DNA of 64,000 nt from Candidatus Omnitrophota bacterium (GCA_026387335.1 JAPLLX010000006.1:125702-189701), one strand, 5' to 3'; counted from the first letter of the stretch, positions 53,834 through 62,607 are shown. Program-made: numbers and translations. Notes: a model not told the origin generated them from the letters alone.

Positions 53834-54978
53834 TTAATTAAGCAATTGCCGGGTCCCGTAAATTTTAGTAAACAAGCGGTTCCGGTGAAGTTTTCTTTCT
53901 ATTTCGAGAAAGGTATGGATATAAATCTGAGACAAGCGGCAGAATTGGGGAAAGTAGCGCTTAAAATCTAAGCCCCAAGAAGAAAAATAAATATAATGCC
54001 CAACCGGGCAGAAGCAGTATCTTAAATATTTACATCTATTGCAATCCTTACCGGTTAATTCCCTTATTTCTTTTCTCTTTTGGGCTAAGAGCTTAAGCCG
54101 TAAACGGTTATTTATCCCTTTATGGATATCCCCGATAATAAATTTTTTTCTTTCCGGCTGGGCTATAGAAAATACTTTATCGCAGCAATAAAAATTCCCC
54201 TCCCAACCTAAGTGGATTTTCTGGCAACGAATGGGTTTATAAAGCCCTTTTCCTCTTATAAATGTACCCAATAAAGAATTTTCAAAAATATCTTTACTAT
54301 CTTTGGCTTTCTCAAAGATAGAGATATAGAAATCGCTAAACTCCCGGAATGCTGATTCGGCTTTATCTAAGCCAGCTTTTGACCATTGGGTGTAAAGGTT
54401 AGGGAAGAAATTAATGCGGTTAAACCCCAGATTCCGGAGATATTTTATATTTTTGAGCAGGCCGCTGATTGTCTGAGGCGTAAAGACTAAAGCGGAATAT
54501 ATTTTATGTCTGGTGTTATCCAGATCCAGTCGCTTTAAGTTCCCGGCTAGGCGATCATGACTAGAGCCATATGCTTTGCGCTTGAAAGGACGGTTGGAGT
54601 CTTGAACCTTTTTCTGGCCGTCTATACTGACTGTGGTTATAATCCTGTTTTCTTTTAAAAAACTTGACCGGCTGGGAGTCAGAAGAGTACCGTTAGTAAC
54701 AACCGTAACCGCTAATTTTGAACTTCCCTTATTCTGCTGAATATAATGATACAGCTTTTTTAACTTTCCAAACCTTAAACAAGGTTCCCCGCCGACAAAA
54801 TTTATACTCTTAGTGTTTCCGGGAGATGTTAAAAAAAAACTACGGCCTTCTTTAACTGCTCAACATCCAGTTCTTTATCTTTACAACTGTCCTTTTTAAC
54901 GAAACAATAATGGCAATCTAAATTACAGTGCTTGGTCAAAAAGATGTTCAACGCCTCGGGATGACTTTCTAACACCAT
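53834..54978 (-). pseudogene. Radical SAM/SPASM protein interrupted by a frameshift in a T9 run (54831-54839); ~381 aa if corrected
   Basis: MVLESHPEALNIFLTKHCNLDCHYC...KAVVFF* then, in the -1 frame, LTSPGNTKSINFVGGEP...VTNG...SIDG continuing without stops into ORF 53834-54271 (CxxCxxxxxCxCP). Confidence 0.88.
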
Positions 54979-55307
54979 CCCCCTCCTCGCCCATGGTTAC
55001 CGTGGTTAGAGTGGTTAGAGTGGTTAGAGTGGTTACTATGGTTGGTGTGCGAACTGGAATGTGGCGTAGAGGAAGTATGGCCGCCTCCCCCCCCAGAGAC
55101 GAGCGAGTTACTATGGCTGGAATGACTGGCATGCTGGGCCTGAGCGCCTTTAGGTTCTAGCATCATTCCCAATACGGCTAAAGATATGCCTAATTTAGCA
55201 ATATTCTTCTTAGAGGCGTTCCCTTCTTCATTAAAAAGAAAGTCTTTAATATTTCTTTTAGTAACGGGCAATTTTTTATTCACCTTCTTATGGAGCTTTT
55301 TTTTCAT
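54969..55307 (-). CDS. hxsA: His-Xaa-Ser/Asn repeat precursor (HxsA-like), 112 aa
   Basis: Start 55307 after AAGGAGG; basic leader, DFLFNEEG, hydrophobic stretch, AQA, then HASHSSHSN...HTNHSNHSNHSNHSNHGNHGRGGGWC. Confidence 0.88.
   Translation of the reverse strand: MKKKLHKKVNKKLPVTKRNIKDFLFNEEGNASKKNIAKLGISLAVLGMMLEPKGAQAQHASHSSHSNSLVSGGGGGHTSSTPHSSSHTNHSNHSNHSNHSNHGNHGRGGGWC
54993..55046 (-). repeat. 9-bp tandem repeat encoding the His-Ser-Asn array
   Basis: Plus strand GTGGTTAGA x3 exact (55002-55028) flanked by degenerate units. Confidence 0.9.
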
Positions 55308-56052
55308 TACGCGCCTCCTTATTAAGGGTAGCACAATATTTCTGGATAAATTCTTCAAATCCCTCATACTTTTCACAAGTAGTTTCGTCCCCGCTGATAT
55401 AACCCTGGCACATTAATCTTATATTAGGATCTTTTATTCCGTTGCATTTAGCAAGATTCTTTTCCTTAATCGCTTTTATATAAATGACTTTATCTACACA
55501 AAAATCATTCTTGCACAGTTTAACGTTTCCGGTGGTAAAAGCCCTGCATTCATTGCGTTCTGCTTCATTTTGCGCCTTTTCACAGACAGAACTATCATTG
55601 TTCAGCACTCCTTGCATAAATAGTTTAAACCCTTCACTATTCCGGTCCTTCCAGGAATTCATCAATTGCAGGCTGTTAAAGCCGGACTTAAAAAATCTGC
55701 CGTATATACCCTGATACTCGGTAAAATTAACCCGGCAGTCTTCCAGAAGAGAAGGTTGTAAACTAAGTTTGCCGCATTCCTCTATATCATCCTTTACCAC
55801 TGAACGGCAGTAGATACAACCAGTTAGAAGCTCCACTATCGGGGCCACTCGGGGATCATTAAAGTCTACCTTGTTAATATAAAAATCCTTAGAGCAATCT
55901 GCTGGCTTTTTTTCTTGAGGATAAGTCTCCACTTCTTGGGGATAATCCTCGATTAACTCGGCTTCGCTAAAAAGGAAAGAAAAATGGCTACTCAACATAA
56001 GAGAAACCAGAGACAGGAAGATGACCTTTAGGGCTAGTTTAAATTTGTCCAT
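55288..56052 (-). CDS. Secreted Cys-rich repeat protein
   Basis: Start 56052 after GAGGAG; signal/TM segment; repeated units such as DSSVC...ECRA, NLAKC...LMCQG. Confidence 0.75.
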   Translation of the reverse strand: MDKFKLALKVIFLSLVSLMLSSHFSFLFSEAELIEDYPQEVETYPQEKKPADCSKDFYINKVDFNDPRVAPIVELLTGCIYCRSVVKDDIEECGKLSLQPSLLEDCRVNFTEYQGIYGRFFKSGFNSLQLMNSWKDRNSEGFKLFMQGVLNNDSSVCEKAQNEAERNECRAFTTGNVKLCKNDFCVDKVIYIKAIKEKNLAKCNGIKDPNIRLMCQGYISGDETTCEKYEGFEEFIQKYCATLNKEARNEKKAP

Positions 56053-56054
56053 TA

Positions 56055-57497
56055 TCAGCTCCTCATCACCCATTTATAAAATATATCCTTTATCTTCTCA
56101 TCTTTGAGCTTAATAAATAAATAATCCAAAATACCCTTATTGATCTGGCACCAAAATGCGGACTTATTAAAAATGTTCCCATTTATGGTATAATTCTGCA
56201 AAGGACATACCCCGCAATAGGGTTTATATACGCACTGGCTGCATTCGGGAAGATTATCCAGGCATGACGCTATGCACATCGTTTTTACCACGTTACTCTT
56301 AAAAAAATCCCTGTGCGAACCGGTCCTTACATTACCCAGCCTAAAAGATTCGTCTTTCTGCCGGCTCATCATCCTTCCTTCGTCACAGGCATAAACATCG
56401 CCATTAAAATTATAAGCCATTTGCCCTGTCCCTGCCCCGCAGGGAGAACGCAAATCAACATAACCCGGATCTTTATCCGTCAAAATTTTAGTTAAAAATA
56501 TCACGGCGAACCTTTCCCGAAAATCTTTGCCTTTCATATTCAAATCTATTATATGATCCAAAGCCTTTTTATAAAAAGTAAGGAAATCCTGCCCGGAGAA
56601 AGCTAACCTCTTCCATACCTTCTTATTAGTCCCAAACGGGCTTAGCGGCCTTAAATGCATCCCTTCCAGCCCTAATTTTACATATTCATTGACAATTTCT
56701 TTCGGAAAAGGAAGGGCCAGGCGGGTAATCGTAGCCAGAGCGAACGGCTTATGGCAGGAATTTGCTTTTTTATACTCCCTTATTAATCTTTTCAGCCATT
56801 TAACCGTATTTTTATGACTATTTTTATTCCCCAGAGTAACCCTGCATTTGTTATGCACCTTTTCGGGCCCATCCAATGAAGTGCATATATGGATATCGTT
56901 CTTTAAAAGGTACTTAACTATTTTCTCATTCATAAAGGTCAAATTGGATACAACGGTAAAACGCAAGTCCTTCTTGGCTTTTTTGTTCTTCTCTTGAGCA
57001 TACCGAACAATAAATTTTATAATTTCAAAATTGACTAAGGGTTCGCCTCCCTGAAATTCAATAGTAATTCCTTTATTGGCAGATTCAAAAATCCTATCGA
57101 CAACTTTTTCAGCCGTAGCTATATCCATATCTAATTCATTTTCCTTAAGATCCCGGGAACTTGCCTGACAATAAATACACTTATGGTCGCATCTTAAAGT
57201 AACTACCACAATATGTAAAGCGGTGCCTGCACTCCTTAAAAACATATTTTTTTGCACGTATCTTTGGGCCAGGTTATCAAAGTTTAACTGACCCCGGATA
57301 AAACCTTTATTCCGCAACTGGGAATACTCTTGGGGCGAAGCTTGTTCTATTTTACCGCTAAGGAAGGCGTTAAAACTTGGGGGCTGCAAAAAAATATAAT
57401 CCCCTATGACATTAGTCAGCAAATATTGCCCGTTTAACCGCTTAAATTGAAAGAAACCGACCTTCTGTCTATCTATCTTTTCAGACTCTAGCAACAT
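56055..57497 (-). CDS. hxsB: His-Xaa-Ser system radical SAM maturase HxsB
   Basis: LHIVVVTLRCDHKCIYCQAS, IEFQGGEPL, YVDLRSPCGAG, YACDEGRM, CSQCVYKPYCGVCP (TIGR03978-type). Confidence 0.92.
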   Translation of the reverse strand: MLLESEKIDRQKVGFFQFKRLNGQYLLTNVIGDYIFLQPPSFNAFLSGKIEQASPQEYSQLRNKGFIRGQLNFDNLAQRYVQKNMFLRSAGTALHIVVVTLRCDHKCIYCQASSRDLKENELDMDIATAEKVVDRIFESANKGITIEFQGGEPLVNFEIIKFIVRYAQEKNKKAKKDLRFTVVSNLTFMNEKIVKYLLKNDIHICTSLDGPEKVHNKCRVTLGNKNSHKNTVKWLKRLIREYKKANSCHKPFALATITRLALPFPKEIVNEYVKLGLEGMHLRPLSPFGTNKKVWKRLAFSGQDFLTFYKKALDHIIDLNMKGKDFRERFAVIFLTKILTDKDPGYVDLRSPCGAGTGQMAYNFNGDVYACDEGRMMSRQKDESFRLGNVRTGSHRDFFKSNVVKTMCIASCLDNLPECSQCVYKPYCGVCPLQNYTINGNIFNKSAFWCQINKGILDYLFIKLKDEKIKDIFYKWVMRS

Positions 57498-57700
57498 TTC
57501 TTGGTCGCTCCTAAGACGTAATTGTTAAATTCATCTACAAATATATCCTTGACCTGCGTATCTATATTCTCTATTTTTACTTCTAGGTAATCTTTACAAT
57601 CCTTGACCCTGAATTTTGCCAGATGAGCATAAGCAAGGATCGCTTTCTGGATCGCCTTTTTTTTATAAAACCGAGTATTAAATCTTACGTTTTCTGGCAT
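57488..57700 (-). CDS. Small HxsD-like protein
   Basis: FNTRFYKKKAIQKAILAY...DEFNNYVLG; overlaps the starts/ends of hxsD and hxsB. Confidence 0.75.
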   Translation of the reverse strand: MPENVRFNTRFYKKKAIQKAILAYAHLAKFRVKDCKDYLEVKIENIDTQVKDIFVDEFNNYVLGATKKCC

Positions 57701-58082
57701 TTTTCTGTTTTCTATGTTTCTTTTTCCAAGGCAAAGCTATACCTAAAGGATCATCCTGATAATCCAGTTTTTCGGAAAGACTGACTACACCCGGACCCGG
57801 TAAAGTAGTATATAAAGCGCGGCCAACGATATATTCCCTGATCTTTTTGTTATTCTTACTTATCTCGTATCTTAAGGCGCAGCGCAATAGCTCATTCTTG
57901 AATTCACCTTTTAACGCTTCCAGTTTTTTACCCGCAACCTTGCCTTTACTTTTAAAAAAAACCTTAATCTGATTTCCCTTAAGATCGCTATCCAAAAAAA
58001 TGTAGACGCGGTCAATAAATAAATAACAAGCATTCAAAATAGCTTCTAAAGGATAGATTCTTGCGCTTAGCTTAATCTCCAC
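57678..58082 (-). CDS. hxsD: His-Xaa-Ser system protein HxsD
   Basis: IYPLEAILNACY, EFKNELLRCALRYEISKNNKKIREYIVGRAL (TIGR03976-like); GTG start with AAGGAG. Confidence 0.85.
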   Translation of the reverse strand: MEIKLSARIYPLEAILNACYLFIDRVYIFLDSDLKGNQIKVFFKSKGKVAGKKLEALKGEFKNELLRCALRYEISKNNKKIREYIVGRALYTTLPGPGVVSLSEKLDYQDDPLGIALPWKKKHRKQKNARKRKI

Positions 58083-58115
58083 TAAACTCCGCTCCTTCCT
58101 AAACTTAAGATTCCC

Positions 58116-58457
58116 TTAAGGTGACACAAAATAATCTACCGTACTCACCCATTTACTTTTATTTTTAACCCATACGTCACTAGCCGCGATCTCACCGTTA
58201 ACATCCAGTTCCGTCTGAACGCCCCCGTAGCTAGCTGCGCTGGTCGCTCCAATATTCACCTGCCCCTGGACAATAAGGCCGTTACTGGGCAGAGTGGTTG
58301 CTCTATACCCGGAGCCGATGGACATCTGGTCCGAGCGCAATTCTATATAACTACCGTAGGGCGAGGGATAGTAGGTAGCGATGGGGATGTTTTCTCCGGC
58401 AAAAACAGTTATATATCCTAAAAAAGATACCGCGATAATTAATAATAACTTCTTCAT
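58116..58457 (-). CDS. Secreted TYYPSPYG-motif protein, copy B
   Basis: Signal peptide, ATYYPSPYGSY, ELDVNGEIAASDVWVKNKSKW. Confidence 0.75.
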   Translation of the reverse strand: MKKLLLIIAVSFLGYITVFAGENIPIATYYPSPYGSYIELRSDQMSIGSGYRATTLPSNGLIVQGQVNIGATSAASYGGVQTELDVNGEIAASDVWVKNKSKWVSTVDYFVSP

Positions 58458-58821
58458 TGGAGGCCTTTAATTAACCGCAGCATAAAAAAGATCCGGACGT
58501 AGGTATATCATAAGTAGTGGGGCTAGTGCCATATATTGGCTGAAACCAACTATACGTAGTCCCTGAACCGCAGAGGGTATTTCCAGTATTAGGTCCATAT
58601 GTCTTCATTGTACACCAGCTCAGACTCCCCAGCCATTTACTTTTATTTTTAACCCATACGTCACTAGCCGCGATCTCACCGTTAACATCCAGTTCCGTCT
58701 GAACGCCCCCGTAGCTAGCTGCGCTGGTCGCTCCAATACTCACCTGCCCCTCGATAATAAGGCCGTTACTGGGCAGAGTGGTTGCTCTATACCCGGAGCC
58801 GATGGACATCTGGTCCGAGCG
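58149..58821. repeat. 189-bp direct repeat (58149-58337 and 58633-58821)
   Basis: Manual alignment, offset 484 bp, 3 mismatches seen. Confidence 0.92.
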
Positions 58822-58950
58822 TAGATTCGCGTAAACTCCGTAAGGCGAAGGATAATAAGTGGTAATGGTCAGATCTTCTGAAAAAGCAAAAGGGAAGGAA
58901 ATTATAATTAAACCTATAGAAATTACTAACGTGGTAAAAAATTTATTCAT
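58471..58950 (-). CDS. Secreted TYYPSPYG-motif protein, copy A, with Cys-containing C-terminal tip
   Basis: Start 58950 after AAGAGG; TTYYPSPYGVY; shared core; tail WCTM...LCGS...FLCCG. Confidence 0.75.
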   Translation of the reverse strand: MNKFFTTLVISIGLIIISFPFAFSEDLTITTYYPSPYGVYANLRSDQMSIGSGYRATTLPSNGLIIEGQVSIGATSAASYGGVQTELDVNGEIAASDVWVKNKSKWLGSLSWCTMKTYGPNTGNTLCGSGTTYSWFQPIYGTSPTTYDIPTSGSFLCCG

Positions 58951-59028
58951 TGCACCTCTTAGCATAATTCCTACTTGACCCTGCCCGCTCTTAAGAATAA
59001 ATTATCATAACTCCTGCAATGAGTCAAG

Positions 59029-60597
59029 TTAAAACAGGTGCGCCTTGACCCTGGCAATATCTTCTCCCTGCTTAAGCTCATTTATGAAATTTTCCATATT
59101 CTTCTCCCAGGCCCTATCCGTAAAAAAATAACGCGCGAGGTACTTATTCATTCGCCGCGGATCTTTAAACTTCCTGTTCATTAAAAATACGAACTGGACA
59201 GGCCTGAAATAATCAATCTTATTGCGGTCCAGGCACTCTAAGAAACGGGAATACCGGTATTCCATCAATTTCCTAGCCATATCCCACTTCCAACCCCGGA
59301 ATTCATCATAGGCAAACTCAAAACCCGGATTTGATTGCTCCCTAACATTAATAATCCTGTATTTTGCGCAAGATCTAAACATCAGACTTTCCGGTTTAAG
59401 CACAAACCTGTTTAAATTAACTCCTTTAATATACGCATTATTATCTCTTATGAATTCCAGCGTGGAAATGATATCCTGGCTCGTCTCAAAAGGCAAACCG
59501 ATCAACAGGTCTATCTCTACCCAGATGCCCAGGTCATGGCATAGTTTTAAAATATGGGAAGCGTGTTTAAGGTCAATGACTTTACCTATGTATTTCTGCA
59601 GTTTAATACCGGCGGATTCCAATCCGATCACCAGCCTTACTGCCCCCGCTTCTTTTAAACGCAAAAGTATTTCTTTATCCAGGTTATTAAAGGTGGCGCA
59701 GTCGGTAAACTTTATCTTTAGGCGCTCTTTTGCTATCTTATCGGTAAGATCCCGGACAGTCTGCTTGGTTGGATTGATATTCGAATTCAGAAAAAAGAAG
59801 TCCTGCGTCTTATGTTCCCGTTTAAGAAATTTTAGTTCGCGGATTATCCTATCGTAATCCTTTATCTTAAATCCGGGTTTTCCGGATAATTCACAAAATA
59901 TACAGCTATTCTGGCAGCCTTCGATAAACGTATACGGGAGCAATAAAGGAAGTGATTTTGAAACGCCGGTATATCTGGATAAATTGCTTATCCGCCCTGA
60001 ATGCGGGAGAAACTCCGAGATTATAGTATTCCTGCTGTATTTATATAGGCTAAGCGGAAACCCCTTAAAATTCGGCTCTAAGAAAATCCGGGGAAGTTTC
60101 GGGTTAAGCTTGTTTTTGACGTTTAAAAAATCAATAAAGCTGTCTATACTGGAAGTCTGGTAATCTATAAGGCCTGCCTCTCGGTAAGCCGGCAGCTCGA
60201 AATTAGCGACGATTATCACGCCATAGCTATCTTTTATCTTCTTCATCAGGCAGGCGGCGATAGCCTGGCTGTTGATTCTATCCAACGACGGGTAATGCCC
60301 GGAAAAACAGACATAATCATACCCCGAAAAATCTGTTAAGGCCATTACTTTTGCGGTTTCCGCATCAATCTCAGCGCAAGCAGACCCGCGTAGGTAATCA
60401 TTGACTCTGGCTTGGTCCAGAAAAACATCCGTTTTTATGCTCCCCTTTACCAAAGACCTGTAAAGTTTGACATAAAGATCGTCGATATCATGCTCTATAT
60501 TATTCTGGCTTAAAGCCGAACTTACTAGCGCCAGGCCCAAAGGAGGCATGAAGGCATGATAGAAATAGTAAGGGGTAAGAACTAATTTCACTTTCAT
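59029..60597 (-). CDS. B12-binding-type radical SAM protein
   Basis: MPPLGLALVSS, GCQNSCIFC, IGLESA, LIGLPFET. Confidence 0.85.
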   Translation of the reverse strand: MKVKLVLTPYYFYHAFMPPLGLALVSSALSQNNIEHDIDDLYVKLYRSLVKGSIKTDVFLDQARVNDYLRGSACAEIDAETAKVMALTDFSGYDYVCFSGHYPSLDRINSQAIAACLMKKIKDSYGVIIVANFELPAYREAGLIDYQTSSIDSFIDFLNVKNKLNPKLPRIFLEPNFKGFPLSLYKYSRNTIISEFLPHSGRISNLSRYTGVSKSLPLLLPYTFIEGCQNSCIFCELSGKPGFKIKDYDRIIRELKFLKREHKTQDFFFLNSNINPTKQTVRDLTDKIAKERLKIKFTDCATFNNLDKEILLRLKEAGAVRLVIGLESAGIKLQKYIGKVIDLKHASHILKLCHDLGIWVEIDLLIGLPFETSQDIISTLEFIRDNNAYIKGVNLNRFVLKPESLMFRSCAKYRIINVREQSNPGFEFAYDEFRGWKWDMARKLMEYRYSRFLECLDRNKIDYFRPVQFVFLMNRKFKDPRRMNKYLARYFFTDRAWEKNMENFINELKQGEDIARVKAHLF

Positions 60598-60618
60598 AGT
60601 TTTGTAAATAGCTATCTA

Positions 60619-61821
60619 TTAACGCTTAAGGGTTTCTTGGAATTTTTTAATTAAGGCAGGGATAATTTCAAAAAGGTCGCCGACTATTCCATAAGTAGCT
60701 ACCTTAAAAATAGGAGCTTCGGGGTCTTTATTAATGGCTACGATTATTTTTGAGGATTGCATACCGACCAAGTGCTGGATCTGGCCGGATATTCCGCAGG
60801 CAAAATAAATCTTCGGGGCGACGGTGCGTCCGGTCTGGCCCACCTGGTGCGAATAAGGCATCCAGCCGGCGTCAACTGCCGCGCGGGATGAACCAACGGC
60901 AGCGCCTAAAACCTGGGCCAATTCTTTTAATATCTTGAAATTTTCCGGGCTCCCCATTCCGCGGCCGCCGGAGACAATGATATCCGCTTCAGATAAGTTG
61001 ATCAATGATTCGACTTCCTCCACTATATCTAACAATTTCGTCCGCGAAAAATATAAAGAACTATCAAAGCTCTCTTTTATAATCTTACCTTTGCGCTTTT
61101 TATCTGCCGGCAGAGGTTGGAAGACTTTATGCCTGACTGTCGCCATCTGCGGACGGTAATTCGGAGAGATGATTGTCGCCATAATGTTCCCGCCAAACGC
61201 CGGACGAGTCTGAAGCAAGATCTTTTTATCCGGGTCAATATCCAGCCCAGTGCAATCCGCGGTCAGGCCGGCCTTAATATTGATGGCTACCCGCGAAATA
61301 AGCGAACGGCCGATATTGGTAGCTCCGCACAATAGAATCTCCGGTTTATGTTTTTTAATCAACTCCACTAATATATTTGTATAAGGCTCGTCCTGGAAAT
61401 TAGCTAATTCCGCAGCCTCGACTAAATAAATATTATCAGCGCCGCAGAAAATTAATTCGTCCAGCTGGTCTTCCATTTTATTGCCTATTAAAACGCCGCT
61501 TACAGCGCAGCCGATTTTCTTGGCTAATTCTTGAGCCTTACCTAAAAGTTCATAGGCCACCGACTGAACTTTACCGTTTTTCTGCTCTAAAAATACCCAG
61601 ATACCCTTATAATCCTTAATATCCGGAAGCTCGCATTTAGCCAAAGTCTTCTCAATTAAAACCGCCTTAAATTTACAGGCGTCTTGGCAGGCTCCGCAGA
61701 GAGTACACTTATGTAAATCAATGATTGCCTTTTTGTCCATAATGCGGATGGCATCAAATGGACAGGCTTTCAGGCATAAGGTGCAACCTGTGCACTTCTC
61801 AATGATAATCTGAATTGACAT
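60619..61821 (-). CDS. etfA: Electron transfer flavoprotein alpha subunit with N-terminal 2x[4Fe-4S] ferredoxin domain
   Basis: CTGCTLCLKACP, CTLCGACQDAC, GLTADCT, QVGQTG, GISGQIQH. Confidence 0.96.
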   Translation of the reverse strand: MSIQIIIEKCTGCTLCLKACPFDAIRIMDKKAIIDLHKCTLCGACQDACKFKAVLIEKTLAKCELPDIKDYKGIWVFLEQKNGKVQSVAYELLGKAQELAKKIGCAVSGVLIGNKMEDQLDELIFCGADNIYLVEAAELANFQDEPYTNILVELIKKHKPEILLCGATNIGRSLISRVAINIKAGLTADCTGLDIDPDKKILLQTRPAFGGNIMATIISPNYRPQMATVRHKVFQPLPADKKRKGKIIKESFDSSLYFSRTKLLDIVEEVESLINLSEADIIVSGGRGMGSPENFKILKELAQVLGAAVGSSRAAVDAGWMPYSHQVGQTGRTVAPKIYFACGISGQIQHLVGMQSSKIIVAINKDPEAPIFKVATYGIVGDLFEIIPALIKKFQETLKR

Positions 61822-62606
61822 TATGAGATAACCTCGCTTCTTAATAATTCCACTATCTGAGCCGCGATCTCCGGAACCTCGCCTTTAAGCATCTGGCCTC
61901 CGACTCTTTGCGGCGGAGTAAAAATCTTCACTACTTGTGTGGGCGAACCGCACAAACCAATGTTCTGCGGGTCCAAATCTAAATCTTTCTGACCCCACAT
62001 AATAATTTTGGCTGCTTTCGCGCGGATCATCCCTTTTAAAGAAGGAATCCGCGGTTCGTTTATCTCCTTAACTACGGTAAGTAAAGCCGGTAAGGGTGTT
62101 TCAATAATCTCAAACCCTTCCTCCAGCATTCTTTCTACGCGCATGGATTTGTCCGTTGCTTCTTCTACTTTCTTAACGTAAGTTACCTGCGGGATATTTA
62201 AATGCGTGGATATTCCGGGGCCGACCTGCGCGGTATCTCCGTCCGAAGCCTGCTTACCGCAGATAATCAAATCAAAGGCGCCGATTTTTTTAATTGCTCC
62301 GGACAAAGTATAACTTGTCGCCCAGGTGTCGCTTCCGGCAAATGCCCGGTCACAGACTAAAACCCCTTCGTCAGCTCCCATGGAAATCGCTTCGCGTAAA
62401 GCTCCGTCTGCTTGCGGAGGGCCCATGGTTACAATCGTAACCTTACCTCCAAACCTTTCTTTAAGCCGCACGCCTTCTTCAATAGCATACATATCAAAAG
62501 GATTGATAATGGATTTTACCCCTTCGCGGATCAAAGTGTTGGTTTCCGGATTTATCCTGACTTCAGTGGTTTCAGGGACCTGTTTTATGCAGACGATAAT
62601 ATTCAT
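61821..62606 (-). CDS. etfB: Electron transfer flavoprotein beta subunit
   Basis: CIKQVP, NPFDMYAIEE, GKQASDGDTAQVG. Confidence 0.97.
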   Translation of the reverse strand: MNIIVCIKQVPETTEVRINPETNTLIREGVKSIINPFDMYAIEEGVRLKERFGGKVTIVTMGPPQADGALREAISMGADEGVLVCDRAFAGSDTWATSYTLSGAIKKIGAFDLIICGKQASDGDTAQVGPGISTHLNIPQVTYVKKVEEATDKSMRVERMLEEGFEIIETPLPALLTVVKEINEPRIPSLKGMIRAKAAKIIMWGQKDLDLDPQNIGLCGSPTQVVKIFTPPQRVGGQMLKGEVPEIAAQIVELLRSEVIS

Positions 62607-62607
62607 T

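Noticed and set aside
53834-54271. 145-aa ORF as a stand-alone SPASM protein
   Set aside because: The frame stays open upstream to the T9 run; it is the C-terminus of the frameshifted radical SAM gene
54923-55132. 69-aa alternative-frame ORF with TTL repeats
   Set aside because: Out-of-frame reading of the 9-bp repeat in the precursor; the His-repeat frame has the SD and family context
58149-58821. 189-bp repeat as a DGR template/variable pair, CRISPR array or shufflon
   Set aside because: No reverse transcriptase, cas or recombinase gene nearby; the mismatches are not consistently at adenines; repeats are direct and coding
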